In this document: positions 27,816 to 41,345 of the stretch, one piece after another
Position numbering within the stretch: the stretch's first letter is position 1
Layout of the letters: each line of letters starts with the position of its first letter
The notes under the pieces: model-generated
The model's database searches: none
What the model was told of the DNA's origin: nothing
The model's input: the letters and a program-made list of their open reading frames with translations, nothing else
Translations under genes and position numbers: made by a program
DNA from: Paraspadella gotoi
Lineage: Eukaryota; Animalia; Chaetognatha
Reading direction: 5' to 3'
NCBI GenBank assembly: GCA_051294375.1
Contig: CM119263.1
Span: 10,996,703 to 11,060,702 of the forward strand
DNA length: 64,000 nucleotides

Positions 27816-30379
27816 GAGATAAAAATTAAAAAAATTGAGCATTATGGTAATTAAATAAGACAGAAACAAAATCGTGAAAGTTTAATTGAGTTATTGCTAA
27901 AGAGTGGGAAACCAACTTACTTGATCAAAAATTCATTTCAAACTTTAGCGGTTTGGCAAGCTAGTTTTTAATTTTAGTGTTCGAATATGAGAGAGCAAAA
28001 GATAAGGCGGAAGAAGGGAGGGAGGCAGGGAAAGATTTTCAAAGAGGTAGGGAGAGAGAGAGAGAGCGAGAGAAGGATTTCAAAGCAGTTAGTTTTTATG
28101 CGGCAAGCCATTTCCGAGCTTTATTACTGTGTCTCCTTCTCATTCTCTCACTCTCTTCCTTCTTTCCATCATGATAACTCACGCCTTTCTTCGCCCACCA
28201 CCGACGAAACAGATTTGGCAAAATTGGCACCGTGAACTAAATTTTCGGTGAATTTTAGAGCGTGGGTCTTCGTGTTCCCGACTTATTTGAGAATCTGTTC
28301 GTCCTAATTGACGTCATCGCGCCAGGGCCGACGATTGGATCGTAATCACAGGCACTGGAGCAAAGACTGATTACGAAGTAGGGAAGCAAGGATTTCCGTT
28401 CTACCGGTTGTCGTCGTCGTCGTCAGCGAAACTGCGACAAGGTAGAACGGAAATGAGAGTAGATTTTTACGACTGGCACAAATGGAATGCTATTCTTGAG
28501 AACGAGTTTCAATTTGAATCTCTTCTCACTTTTCGTTACTTTCAGTTTCTCAATCCGTTGAGTTTCGCCATACTCTCCGACTTTCCCCTTTTTCGCGCGT
28601 TCGAAGAAGCTGGGTCTAGTCGTCGTTCACCTTCAGCAACGTCGTTCAGTCGATGTTCGTTTCGTGATCGATCGAAAATAACGAAATTAATTATATCGTT
28701 GACGGAAAAATTGAACTTTACGAGACTGAACTCAACGAGAACTTCTAATTCGTATTTCTCGAAAAAGAGAGCCGGAAAAACGAAAATGTTGTGGACGAAC
28801 TACAACACGCAAACTCGTTTTCTCTTTCTCATTATGGTCAAACTTTGACCTTAATAATACCTTTGTTATAGACATAGCATCTGAGCCTTTTGACTGTTAT
28901 TGTTATTTACCTTGTTGAAGAATAAAATCATACTTACTCTGAAACTTGTTGCGTCCACTATCTTTTTTTTCGGCAACGGCAAACTAATTTTTAATTTCCT
29001 TTCTATCCTTACCTTATCCCAGTATCCTTTACTCAATACTCACTCCTTGGTTGGAAACGACAATTCTCTCAAAAAGCCAGAGCATGTCCGAATTTTATTT
29101 TGTTAAATTAAAAATTCCTTTGCCGTTGCCGAAACAAAATATTTTCGTTTTTTCTTATTATAACTAACTATTATTAATATTCTTAGGTAAACTACAGTTA
29201 GTTTCACTGCAGTTACATTATCACCCGAAGGCAATCAACCTATAAGGGTAATTCCGATGACCCAGAATCTCTCCTCTACGAAGTGAGTTGCGTTTAGTGT
29301 AACGGAGGGGAGTCTACGAGACACTTGGCAGAAGAGGATGTCGAATATTCTCTGTTGGCGCCTCACTCGCCAGAGGGTGTAGCCCATAAGTCCGAAGAGG
29401 AGGTAGAGTACGAGGGCGCCTCCGTTGACGCCCAAGTGGCCAGCCAATGGGAAGGCGCCATCCCATCTCGCTGTTGTCGCCAACCAATGATCTGTCATGG
29501 TTTTGTTATGTGTTTGATGGATTTTTGAGGTTCTTTTTTTGTTGTTTTTGTTTTTAATCGCGAGGTTATTCCCAATGTTATGAAATTTTCACGATATTAT
29601 TTGTTTATTTTGAGGCGTTTGTCTTCCTTTTGAAACTTTAGTCTTTTATTAGCGGTTTTTGTGGGTCTATTTTTTTCTATTTTTATCGTCTGAGGTTTCT
29701 CGGTTCTGAAACTAAGCGAATTGTGGCCAAAGAAAAATAATGAAACCGTTTGTTTTTCGTTAAAGCTCCCTTGCTCGAAAAATTTTGTAAGAATACCGGA
29801 GTAAGAATCAAAGAAATAATATAATTCTTTAATTTCATTTAACTTAACGGTAAAAATAAACTTATTGAAAGAAAATATTTACCGTTAAAACTAAACAAGG
29901 AAAACTCATTTGAAATAAAAATAAAGATAAAGAGCTAAATTTGAAGGAAAACAAATGGAAAGAGACGAATGAAGATTGATTAAGTTTGAGAAGAAAAACG
30001 GGGAAACACTCTCGACTCCAGGTGGCGAGAAACAAACCTTCGTCTCAAAAGCAATCGGCGAAGCGCAAGCATAATGATTAAGTTAATGAACTAAATTAAA
30101 CTGTATTGTATCATTTACTTTTTTATTTAATTATTAATTTTATCCTCAACTTTAGTATAGTCTTACGAAACAGAAAACCACGCACTTTTTTGACAGGTAA
30201 ACACGAAAAAGTGACTTTCACGAAGAAGCCGCGACAGAGATGATAACCAGGGTAACGAATTTTCGAGAGTTAAACTCTGGATCGTGAGGTTTGGGGAAGA
30301 TTATGACCCGAATAATAAAAATTGTTGGGAAAATGTTTGGCGATTTTCAGGGGAAAAACTTTAAGTATATCGTCTGCAA

Positions 30380-30645
30380 CCAACACACCGGATTTCGATT
30401 ATCACCATGGCCAACTGAATGGGCCTTATTTTTAGTTATCGTTTATATCGCGAATGATTTTAGGTATTTCCGGTGCGTGATCACTCAACCCTAAAATAGG
30501 AAAAATTAGGATTTCCGGAGAATAGTCAATTCTCCAAAGAAATCGTCATATATCAGGGATGAGTGACCGCGCACAGTACATAAAAAGCTAAAAATAGGGC
30601 GCATTTAGCTGTTCAAGGTGATAATCGAAACCAGGTGTGATGTGA
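30380..30645. repeat. Imperfect inverted repeat (MITE-like); duplicated at ~35405-35715
   Basis: acaccggatttcgattatcacc...ccttatttttag pairs with ctaaaaatagg...ggtgataatcgaaaccaggtgt. Confidence 0.5.
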
Positions 30646-31537
30646 CCCTTATTTTTCGGTTGTGGTTAAATTAATTTCCAACTTTAATCAGTAGCATCTT
30701 TGGCCGACATCTTTAACGTTTTTCGTTTTATCAACAATTTGACTTATTACGTTCAAAAGATCACGCGGTCAAGGTGAGGCGTACTTTTTATTTTACTACA
30801 GGCGCACCGAGAATACAGCGATCGAAAAACAGGAGACGTGGAAAAGTAAAAAGACAAATCGATGCAAACGTAAACAAATAATCCAAAATGCCGAACCCAA
30901 TTCGTTCGAAAATTTTTTCCGATTTTTTTTTGTTGGGGGATGATGATTGTTTAAAGAAATATTTGTTATTGAGGCGGGAAGAGGGCCTGCTGTAGCACCT
31001 GCTGGGCCTGCGGTAACTGCTTCGGCAGCTGCGGCGGCGTTCGAGGCTCTCGTTAAACATCCGCTCGAGATTGACGAGTGTCGGTGATTTGGGCTGGTGA
31101 AATGTCGGGGAGGGTTTTACTTTTATCGTGGGCTGGGGGGTAGAGCTATCTTTGATAGAAATGGGAAAACCGTGTTAATAAGCTATAGACGTACGAGGCG
31201 AACGAACATGGGTTGAATTACAATGTCAAAAGCAGAGCTTAGTGCTACTAATGTGTCGACCTAAATTCAAATTGGAAGCCCTGACAACTGTTTTTTAAAA
31301 TTATACGTTTGAAATGATGCGTTTTCTCACTTTTTGACAAAAACATTAACTAAAATAACTTTTTTTTCGAACTGCAAAGACAGTTATTGCAGTAGAAAGA
31401 CAAAAAATTGAGCAGCTGCATAAAAACCTCAACTCTTCGATCGGTACAGAACACATATTACTTTTGGTACAAAGGTTCAACGTTAGTTACGTCCAGAATC
31501 GTGATAATAGAATGGGATTAATTCTTATGGCAGTTAA

Positions 31538-31573
<36 letters not shown>

Positions 31574-31910
31574 TATGTGTGTGTGTAAATGCTTAAAAGT
31601 TATTAATTAACAGAGATGAAAAAAGCTCATAAGTTTTTACAAGGTTTTTTTTTGTGAATTTTCTTCGATCAACCTTGAATTCGATTATATTATTGTTGGT
31701 CGTGCTGTTGTTGATTTTTTTTTTAATTTAAGAAAAAATTAGTATTGAGCGATTACATTCATGGACCTACCCCTATAATCTGCCTACTGGCGAAGTACAA
31801 TATTTTTTAATATTAATACTGTGTATATAGCTACGTATTACATGAGATAAACCGAAGCAATGATTTCAGAACTTTTCTTGGTAGTAGAGAGTAAGACATG
31901 TAGACATATG

Positions 31911-32612
31911 TCTGGAAAGAAAAAAATAAACAACGTAGCAATAAATACGTTTAATTAAATAGCAATGTTTGTTAGTTAACACTAACCAGAACCCGTGCTG
32001 CGCGTCCTCCGCTTCCTTGTATCCTTCGTCGTAAAGCCTGGCCACCATTTCCAGCAATGCCTTCCAGGCTAGATCGGCCTCGGTCGTCCAGGTCTTCTTG
32101 AGCGTCATCGACAACGTCGATCGAATCGCCAGGTTTAGTTGATGAACGTCCTTGGGGTGGAAAAGAAGGAGCAGCGGCGAGGGGAACGTTTCCGCCAAAA
32201 TGTCATCTCAAATAGCAGGGTTTCTATGAAAGCCCAGAAAATATTTTTGCCTTATTTATTTAATCATTCAATGTAATCTATTTAATATTACTTTTTGATT
32301 CTTTTTTTATCCTTTTCTTTCCCTTCATGACTTTCCAAGTATTTCCAAATTAAACTTCTTCGACTTACCCTTGACCTGCAGCCTTAGATCCTATCCCCTC
32401 ACTTCAGTTTTGATGCCCAACGAGTGGTGATCGAATCCGGTCTTCTTGCACTCGGCGACGAAATCGACGGCGTTGCTGGACTCGAGGTAGTCTATGATCT
32501 CGTCGAAGGCGTACATGATCCGAGTCGTGTGGATCCACATCTTGTCCGACTTAAGAATGTCCTCCATTGAGGCACCACCAAAATGAAACTTACCTGCCTG
32601 CTCAGGGTACAT
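31911..32612 (-). CDS. Globin, copy 1: intact exons 2-3 (32612-32403, 32150-31987) plus 1 nt of the stop codon at 31911; exon 1 falls in the N gap
   Basis: C2 Pro and CD1 Phe (YPEQAGKF), distal E7 His (KMWIHTTRIM), proximal F8 His (TGFDHHSLGI), H helix WTTEADLAWKALL. Confidence 0.85.
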
Positions 32613-35600
32613 CTGGTTTTGGATGGGAAAGAGAGGGGAACGGATATGGGTCTAATGGTTTAATGGCATTATTGTCATGTCGGAAACATACAATCTTAAG
32701 TAGTGTTTAAATTTTTATATCAATTAAATATTTCCCCAATTATATCTGTATGTGATAAAAAACTTTATTAGTTCCTAGATAGTTCCTAGATAGTCTAAAG
32801 ATAGTCTNNNNNNNNNNTGTCGGAAACATAAAATCTTAAGTAGTGTTTAAATTTTTATGTCAATTAAATATTTCCCCAATTATATCTNNNNNNNNNNNNN
32901 NNNNNNNNNNNNNNNNNNNNNNNNNNNNNNNNNNNNNNNNNNNNNNNNNNNNNNNNNNNNNNNNNNNNNNNNNNNNNNNNNNNNNNNNNNNNNNNNNNNN
33001 NNNNNNNNNNNNNNNNNNNNNNNNNNNNNNNNNNNNNNNNNNNNNNNNNNNNNNNNNNNNNNNNNNNNNNNNNNNNNNNNNNNNNNNNNNNNNNNNNNNN
33101 NNNNNNNNNNNNNNNNNNNNNNNNNNNNNNNNNNNNNNNNNNNNNNNNNNNNNNNNNNNNNNNNNNNNNNNNNNNNNNNNNNNNNNNNNNNNNNNNNNNN
33201 NNNNNNNNNNNNNNNNNNNNNNNNNNNNNNNNNNNNNNNNNNNNNNNNNNNNNNNNNNNNNNNNNNNNNNNNNNNNNNNNNNNNNNNNNNNNNNNNNNNN
33301 NNNNNNNNNNNNNNNNNNNNNNNNNNNNNNNNNNNNNNNNNNNNNNNNNNNNNNNNNNNNNNNNNNNNNNNNNNNNNNNNNNNNNNNNNNNNNNNNNNNN
33401 NNNNNNNNNNNNNNNNNNNNNNNNNNNNNNNNNNNNNNNNNNNNNNNNNNNNNNNNNNNNNNNNNNNNNNNNNNNNNNNNNNNNNNNNNNNNNNNNNNNN
33501 NNNNNNNNNNNNNNNNNNNNNNNNNNNNNNNNNNNNNNNNNNNNNNNNNNNNNNNNNNNNNNNNNNNNNCACTGACCAGTGACCACCCCATGTCACTGGC
33601 GTGTTTATGTTTTTTACACCATCACACTTTAACCAGCATGACCGTGAGGGGATTGAACCCGGAACCCAGTACTTTGCTGTCCAAGCCAACGGGACGAGCT
33701 ATACGGGAGGCGAATTTAGGATTCGCCACAATATCTTCTTTGTAAAGTGGAAATAGTTAAATAATACCTTTATCAACTTTGGCGCCCCATTATTATTTTG
33801 TTAAACACATCAATGCTGTAGCACAAGGCTCATTGCAGCTGCAGCAGTTGAAAAATGGTCTGATTACCTCAAGAGCCATTCATTGTGAATCCATTCATCG
33901 TGGGTCCAATCATGATTACAATGAATGAAATCGGGTATTGAAACATTATTTTACATTGATACCAATTTTTAAGAAAAAATAATATGTTTTACTACTTCGA
34001 ATGAATTTTTGAAGAAAGTCCAGAAAGAGGTTTCGAAAACCCGGTAGAAATCGGAGAACTTGAGTGACACGTCTTAACGATCTTGTGAATTGGGAATATT
34101 TTTTTTTAGCTTCGTGAGGGGAAAAAAAAATTTTGTCGCGGCGATGCACTAATCTCGATTATTAAATTTTAATCTGATTGTGTCTCTCTNNNNNNNNNNN
34201 NNNNNNNNNNNNNNACTACAGTTAGTTTCACTGCAGTTACATTATCACCCGAAGGCAATCAACCTATAAGGGTAATTCCGATGACCCAGAATCTCTCCTC
34301 TACGAAGTGAGTTGCGTTTAGTGTAACGGAGGGGAGTCCTACGAGACACTTGGCAGAAGAGGATGTCGAATATTCTCTGTTGGCGCCTCACTCGCCAGAG
34401 GTGTAGCCCATAAGTCCGAAGAGGAGGTAGAGTACGAGGGCGCCTCCGTTGACGCCCAAGTGGCCAGCCAATGGGAAGGCGCCATCCCATCTCGCTGTTG
34501 TCGCCAACCAATGATCTGTCATGGTTTTGTTATGTGTTTGATGGATTTTGAGGTTCTTTTTTTGTTGTTTTTGTTTTTAATGCGAGGTTATTCCAATGTT
34601 ATGAATTTTCACGATATTATTTGTTTATTTTGAGGCGTTTGTCTTCCTTTTGAAAACTTTAGTCTTTTATTAGCGGGTTTTTGTGGGTCTATTTTTTTCT
34701 ATTTTATCGTCTGAGTTTCTCGGTTCTGAAACTAAGCGAATTGTGGCCAAAGAAAAATAGATGAAACCGTTTGTTTTTCGTTAAAGCTCCCTTGCTCGAA
34801 AAATTTTGTAAGAATACCGGAGTAAGAATCAAAGAAATAATATAATTCTTTAATTTCATTTAACTTAACGGTAAAAATAAATCATATTGAAAGAAAATAT
34901 TTACCGTTAAAACTAAACAAGGAAAACTCATTTGAAATAAAAATAAAGATAAGAGCTAAATTTGAAGGAAAACAAATGGAAAGAGACGAATGAAGATTGA
35001 TTAAGTTTGAGAAGAAAAACGGGGAAACACTCTCGACTCCAGGTGGCGAGAAACAACCTTCCGGTACTCAAAAGCAATCGGCGAAGCGCAAGCATAATGA
35101 TTAAGTTAATGACTAAATTAAACTGTATTGTATCATTTACTTTTTTATTTAATTATTAATTTTAATCCTCAACTTTAGTATAGTCTTACGAAACAGAAAA
35201 CCACGCACTTTTTGACAGGTAAACACGAAAAAGTGACTTTCACGAAGAGCCGCGAAGAGATGATAACCAGGGTAACGAATTTTCGAGAGTTAAACTCTGG
35301 ATCGTGAGGTTTGGGGAAGATTATGGACCCGATAATAATATAAAAATTGTTGGGAAAATGTTTGGCGAATTTTCAGGGGAAAACTTTAAGTATATCGTCT
35401 GCAACCAACACACCGGATTTCGATTATCACCATGGCCACTGAATGGGCCTTATTTTAGTTATCGTTTATATCGCGAATGATTTTAGGTATTTCCGGTGCG
35501 TGATCACTCAACCCTAAAATAGGAAAAATTAGGATTTCCGGAGAATAGTCAAATGGTAAATGGGGAAAGAAAGATGTTCCAGATCAATTAGAGTTGATTT

Positions 35601-36608
35601 AACTATGTCAAAGAAATCGTCATATATCAGGGATGAGTGACCGCGCACAGTACATAAAAAGCTAAAAATAGGGCGCATTTAGCTGTTCAAGGTGATAATG
35701 AAACCAGGTGTGATGTGACCCTTATTTTTCGGTTGTGGTTAAATTAATTTCCAACTTTAATCAGTAGCATCTTTGGCCGACATCTTTTAACGTTTTTCGT
35801 TTTATCAACAATTTGACTTATTACGTTCAAAAGATCACGCGGTCAAAATGGTGAGGCGTACTTTTTATTTTACTACAGGCGCACCGAGAATAACAGCGAT
35901 CGAAAACAGGAGACGTGGAAAAGTAAAAAGACAAATCGATGCAAACGTAAACAAATAATCCAAAATGCCGAACCCAATTCGTTCGAAAATTTTTTTCCGA
36001 TTTTTTTTTGTTGGGGGATGATGATTGTTTAAAGAAATATTTGTTATTGAGGCGGGAAGAGGGCCTGCTGTAGCACCTGCTGGCCTGCGGTAACTGCTTC
36101 GGCAGCTGCGGCGGCGTTCGAGGCTCTCGTTAACATCGCTCGAGATTGACGAGTGCTCGGTGATTTGGGCTGGTGAAATGTCGGGGAGGGTTTTACTTTT
36201 ATCGTGAGCTGGGGGTAGAGCGATCTTGATAGAAATGGGAAAACCGTGTTAATAAGCTATAGACGTACGAGGCGAACGAACATGGGTTGAATTACAATGT
36301 CAAAAGCAGAGCTTATGCTACTAATGTGTCTACCTAAATTCAAATTGGAAGCCTGACAACTGTTTTTAAAATTATACGTTTGAATGATGCGTTTTCCCTA
36401 CTTTTTGACAAAAACATAACTAAAATAACTTTTTTTTCGAACTTCAACAGACAGTTATTGCAGTAGAAAGACAAAAAATTGAGCAGCTGCATAAAAACCT
36501 CAACTCTTCGATCGGTACAGAACACATATTACTTTTGGTACAAAGGTTCAACGTTAGTTACGTCCAGAATCGTGATAATAGAATGGGATTAATTCTTATG
36601 GCAGTTAA

Positions 36609-36644
<36 letters not shown>

Positions 36645-36968
36645 TATGTGTGTGTGTAAATGCTTAAAAGTTATTAATTAACAGAGATGAAAAGCTCATA
36701 AGTTTTTACATAGGTTTTTTTTGTGAATTTCTTCGATCAACCTTGAATTCGATTATATTATTGTTGGTCGTGCGGTTGTTGATTTTTTTTTTTAATTTAA
36801 GAAAAAATTAGTATTGAGCGATTACATTCATGGACCTACCCTATATCTGCCTACTGGCGAAGTACAATATTTTTTAATATTAATACTGTGTATATAGCTA
36901 CGTATTACATGAGATAAACCGAAGCAATGTTTCAGAACTTTTCTTGGTAGTAGAGAGTAAGACATATG

Positions 36969-38062
36969 TCTGGAAAGAAAAAAATAAACAACGTAGCATA
37001 AATACGTTAATTAAATAGCAATGTTTGTTAGTTAACACTAACCAGAACCCGTGCTGCGCGTCCTCCGCTTCCTTGTATCCTTCGTCGTAAAGCCTGCCAC
37101 CATTTCAGCAATGCCTTCCAGGCTAGATCGGCCTCCGTCGTCCAGGTCTTCTTGAGCGTCATCGACAACGTCGATCGAATCGCCAGGTTTAGTTGATGAA
37201 CGTCCTTGGGGTGGAAAAGAAGGAGCAGCGGCGAGGGGGAACGTTTCGACAAAATGTCATCTTCAAATAGCAGGGTTTCTATGAAGCCCAGAAAATATTT
37301 TTGCCTTATTTATTTAATCATTCAATGTAATCTATTTAATATACTTTGATTATTTTTTTCCTTTTCTTTCCTTCATGACTTTCCAAGTATTTCCAAATTA
37401 AACTCTTCGACTTACCCTTGACCTGCAGCCTTAGATCCTATCCCCTCACCTCAGTTTTGATGCCCAACGAGTGGTGATCGAATCCGGTCTTCTTGCACTC
37501 GCGACGAAATCGACGGCGTTGCTAGACTCGAGGTAGTCTATGATCTCGTCGAAGGCGTACATGATCCGAGTCGTGTGGATCCACATCTTGTCCGACTTAA
37601 GAATGTCCTCCATTGAGGCACCACCAAAATGAAACTTACCTGCCTGCTCAGGGTACATCTGGTTTTGGATGGGAAAGAGAGGGGAACGGATATGGGTCCT
37701 AATGGTTTATGGCATTATTGTCATGTCGGAAACATAAAATCTTAAGTAGTGTTAAATTTTATGTCAATTAAATATTTCCCCAATTATATCTGTATGTGAT
37801 AAAAAACTTTATATTTTAATTAGTTCCTAGATAGTTCCTAGAGAGTCTAAAGATAGTCTGTAAACTCTGCAGTTTACAAATCCAGACTGATCACTGATAA
37901 TTTCTGAGTGGTTTTTCTAATAAAGCCTACCTCAAAGAAGCGCTTGAACAAGAGGAATCCGGAATCTTTAACTTGTCGAAACTGACGCCAGGTTTTGCAG
38001 ATGACCTTGACCTCCCTTTCAGAGAGACTCGACCACTTATGCTTCCTGCTGCAACTGCCCAT
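36969..38062 (-). CDS. Globin, copy 2 (globin X-like N-terminus): exons 38062-37931, 37658-37450, 37204-37043; frameshifted as assembled
   Basis: Exon 1 reads MGSCSRKHKWSSLSEREVKVICKTWRQF...GFLLFKRFFE. Relative to copy 1 there are 1-nt deletions near 37500 (exon 2) and near 37096 and 37106 (exon 3), so it is either a pseudogene or a consensus error. Confidence 0.75.
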
Positions 38063-38547
38063 GGATAATGGATAGTGCGAGGACAAACAGTTCGGGATTA
38101 ATCCCTCCGAGGGATGGAGACACTATTCGTTCTGTGTGTGAGTCAACGATAATTAAATTCGATAGGTCGAGCGTTTCAAAGCTTCTTTTGTAGCGAAATT
38201 AACTACGATGAATTCGTAAAGCTTAAAATTAAAATCCTTTTAATGACGTCTCTATTACTAGTTAGGTTTTTATTTTCTCGTGGTTCTATATGACACTCAC
38301 TTAATTCATAAGAATCGACCGAAAGTTAAAAAAAAAAAATTGAAACTTTCCCTCTCATGAAAGAGAATTCTTTGGATTTGGAATGGAAGTGTCATTATCT
38401 TGTAAGAGTGATGGAGGCCTTAAACCACCAAAGCTGTCCAAAGTCAGGGGCAAGATAGCTTAATTATTAAATGAATGGATAATTTTTATATTGGTTGTAC
38501 CAATTCATAAGTTCGTAGCGGCCTCGGAGGTGTGCTGTCTAACACGC

Positions 38548-38790
38548 ATATTATGGCAACGGAGGGACATGTGTGATGCCTGGGTGTGAGGCATCTCCCG
38601 ACAGCTGGCACTCAGGGCTTTGACCTGCACTGACCAGTGACCACCCCATGTCACTGGCGTGTTTATGTTTTTTACACCATCACACTTTAACCAGCATGAC
38701 CGTGAGGGATTGAACCCGGAACGCAGTACTTAGCTGTCCAAGCCAATGGGACGAGCTTATACGGGAGGCGAATTTAGGATTCGCCACAAT
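38548..38790 (-). mobile_element. tRNA-derived SINE copy; duplicate partial copy at 33571-33730
   Basis: Minus strand reads ...cgtataagctcgtcccattggcttggacagctaagtactgcgttccgGGTTCAATCCctcacgg... and matches 5119-5325. Confidence 0.7.
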
Positions 38791-41345
38791 ATCTTCTTTG
38801 TAAAGTGGAAATAGTTAAATAATACCTTTATCAACTTTGGCGCCCCATTATTATTTTGTTAAAACATCATGCCGTAGCACAAGGCTCATTGCAGTGCTGC
38901 AGTTGAAAAATGGTCTGATTACCTCAAGAGCCATTCATTGTGAATCCATTCATCGTGAGTACCAATCATGATTACAATGAATGAAATCGGGATTTTAAGA
39001 AAAAATAATATGTTTTACTACTTCGAATGAATTTTTGGAGAAAGTCCAGAAAGAGGTTTCGAAAACCCGGTAGAAATCGGAGAACTAGGTTAGAGTGACA
39101 CGTCTTAACGATCTTGTGAATTGGGAATATTTTTTTTTTAGCTTCGTGAGGGGAAAAAAAATTTGTCGAGGCGAGGCACTAATCTCGATTATTAAATTTT
39201 AATCTGATTGTGTCTCTCTCAATAAGTATTAGTTATAAAATAGCGTGGTTCTATAAGATTGCCTAGAAATAATAGTGTTTAATTCTACTCGCCTGAATGC
39301 TTATTGATTAGAATATATACTAATATGGATTTTAATTCATGCTTACCCATTTGGTTCTCAAAAGAATATTCGCATTCTTTAATGATTGAAATGCTCAATA
39401 ACTTTAACCTTGTTTTGTCTGTTTTCACTCAATCTTTAACTTTGTTTTGTCTTTAGTCTTAGCTTTGTTCGATGCTCAATTGCTCATGTATGCATTGAAT
39501 CAACCTTGTTAAATTCGAAATATTTTGAATTTTTATAATATGTATAAAATTGATGCAACAAAGTAAAAATTATCCATCTATTCAATAACAAGCTATCTTG
39601 CCCTGACTCTGGACTGGTTATGGTTGGTTTGGTCTCTATCTCTCTTACAAAATAATAATATATAGCAGGACCATCATCGTTTTATTGATTTGTTACACCT
39701 TACAGCCGCGACTTTGATTTTTCGCTTATTTTTTTATGTAATTTAATACGCTAAAAGAAAAGCAACATTCATCTTCGTTACCTTCTCTGGTGGCCAAAAA
39801 TAACTTTTCCGAAGTTTTCAAGTTTTTGATAAAAAGATTTCTAAAAAAATATTATGTTATTTATTTTTTTTTATCCTTTTTATTTACTAAGCTTATTTTC
39901 TCTTAAGTTTGTCTTTTTTTAATTTAAATTTTTTTCCTTATAGTTTTTTAATCGTATTTTTCTTGTATGTTCAATCATAATGATTAATGAACAGCGGCTC
40001 AACTTTTTTTTACCGTTCAAAGGCAAAAAAGAGAAAAAATTGATAAGAATTTACAGAGAATTTTCTATCACTGGAAAATAATTTTAAACGTAACGAAATT
40101 TAAGTGTTTAGGAAAGAAAAAAAAGAAGACAGCCTGTTTAACTTAAACACAAAGCTAATTTTTGTTAAATCTTGTTAAAAAAATTTGAAAAATTTAATTG
40201 ATAGTATTCTTGAGTAATTTGAGTATACCGAATATCCGAAGCCCCAGTGCCCCACAATGACTTATTATTGATTCGTGGCGCTGTCAAGGAGCGCTCAAGC
40301 TACCGCTCGAATCCCGATGGGGATCAATGTTGAAGGTGTTGTGCTTTAGACGATCATTTAATAAAACTACAACCATAACTCACTGAGCTCACCCCCTTGT
40401 CTCACTGACGTTAGGATTCATCATCATTTTTACCTATTCTAATTCCTACTTCTGAGTATCCTTCTGTAAAATGACCAGGTTTCTATATCTGAACTTTTCT
40501 ATCTCTACTGTTCTTACAATTAAAAGCAAAACATTATAAAAGTAGAATTAAATTTTTTCGAGAACTTTTATCGCATTAATCCTGGATAGGTGACAAAGAA
40601 TTTTAATCAACAGGGTCCCAAGAGTAGTTTTCGCGATAAGACTCTTTTAATCTTTTTTTAAAAGTTTTCATATAGAGATAAAAATCGGTAAGTTGAAGTT
40701 GCATAAATGACGATGATAATTCTAACGACGAGGAATCAACAAAACCGAAACTCTCCATAACTATAACGTGACACTGAGGCGGTGTGAATATACCGCCACA
40801 TATATTCACATATTCATATTCATTTATTCACACCGCCTATTTTTTCACCTATTATACCTTTTATTTTGTTATGGTCTATACTCTCTGTTTTTGTTCATGA
40901 TTAGTAAATAAGATTGTTAAAGGCTAAGTTACCAATGATTCGTGACAGTTGGCAATAATTTAGTAATGTTTTAGAAGTAGTCTCCTTTAGATTTGCTACA
41001 TGCTTCACACGCTCCTGTTATGCCTACTAGAATAAATATTATAAAATTTTTATCTTCGAATTTATATAAATAAATAGCAAGTCAGAATACTCTACCCCGC
41101 TCACGGCGTTGCCTGGTAAAGTCCTCAATAAAGATTTCGAAAAAGCTTCATTCGGAAACATTACATCTCGAAAGTTGACAAACCGTCGAACAAGAATATT
41201 ATTTACCCAAAAGTATCACTTAATTTCCATTCTTTAACTTATCTTACATACCTTAATTATAAGGTTCAAGGAATAATAAATTAATCATTAAATAACGCAT
41301 ATTGTCTGACTAACAGATGAATTTATTGTGAAAAAAAAAATTGTG

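Larger units (their letters stand above)
29184..39219. repeat. Direct tandem duplication of a ~5.03-kb unit (copy 1 ~29190-34189, copy 2 ~34215-39219)
   Basis: Colinear near-identity, e.g. 29192/34215, 32612/37658 and 33571/38630. Differences are mostly 1-nt indels; N gaps lie at the junction and inside copy 1. Confidence 0.9.

Noticed and set aside
29212-29528. GC-richer segment with short ORFs on both strands and splice-like signals
   Set aside because: I could not build a frame-consistent gene model or recognise a domain; left unassigned.
32843-33745. Long ORFs of 240-300 aa, and similar ones at 44.5-50.2 kb
   Set aside because: Made of N gap characters.
38700-38770. Possible tRNA gene (GGTTCAATCC B box)
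   Set aside because: No full cloverleaf, and it is attached to a repeated body in several copies, so it is called a SINE head.
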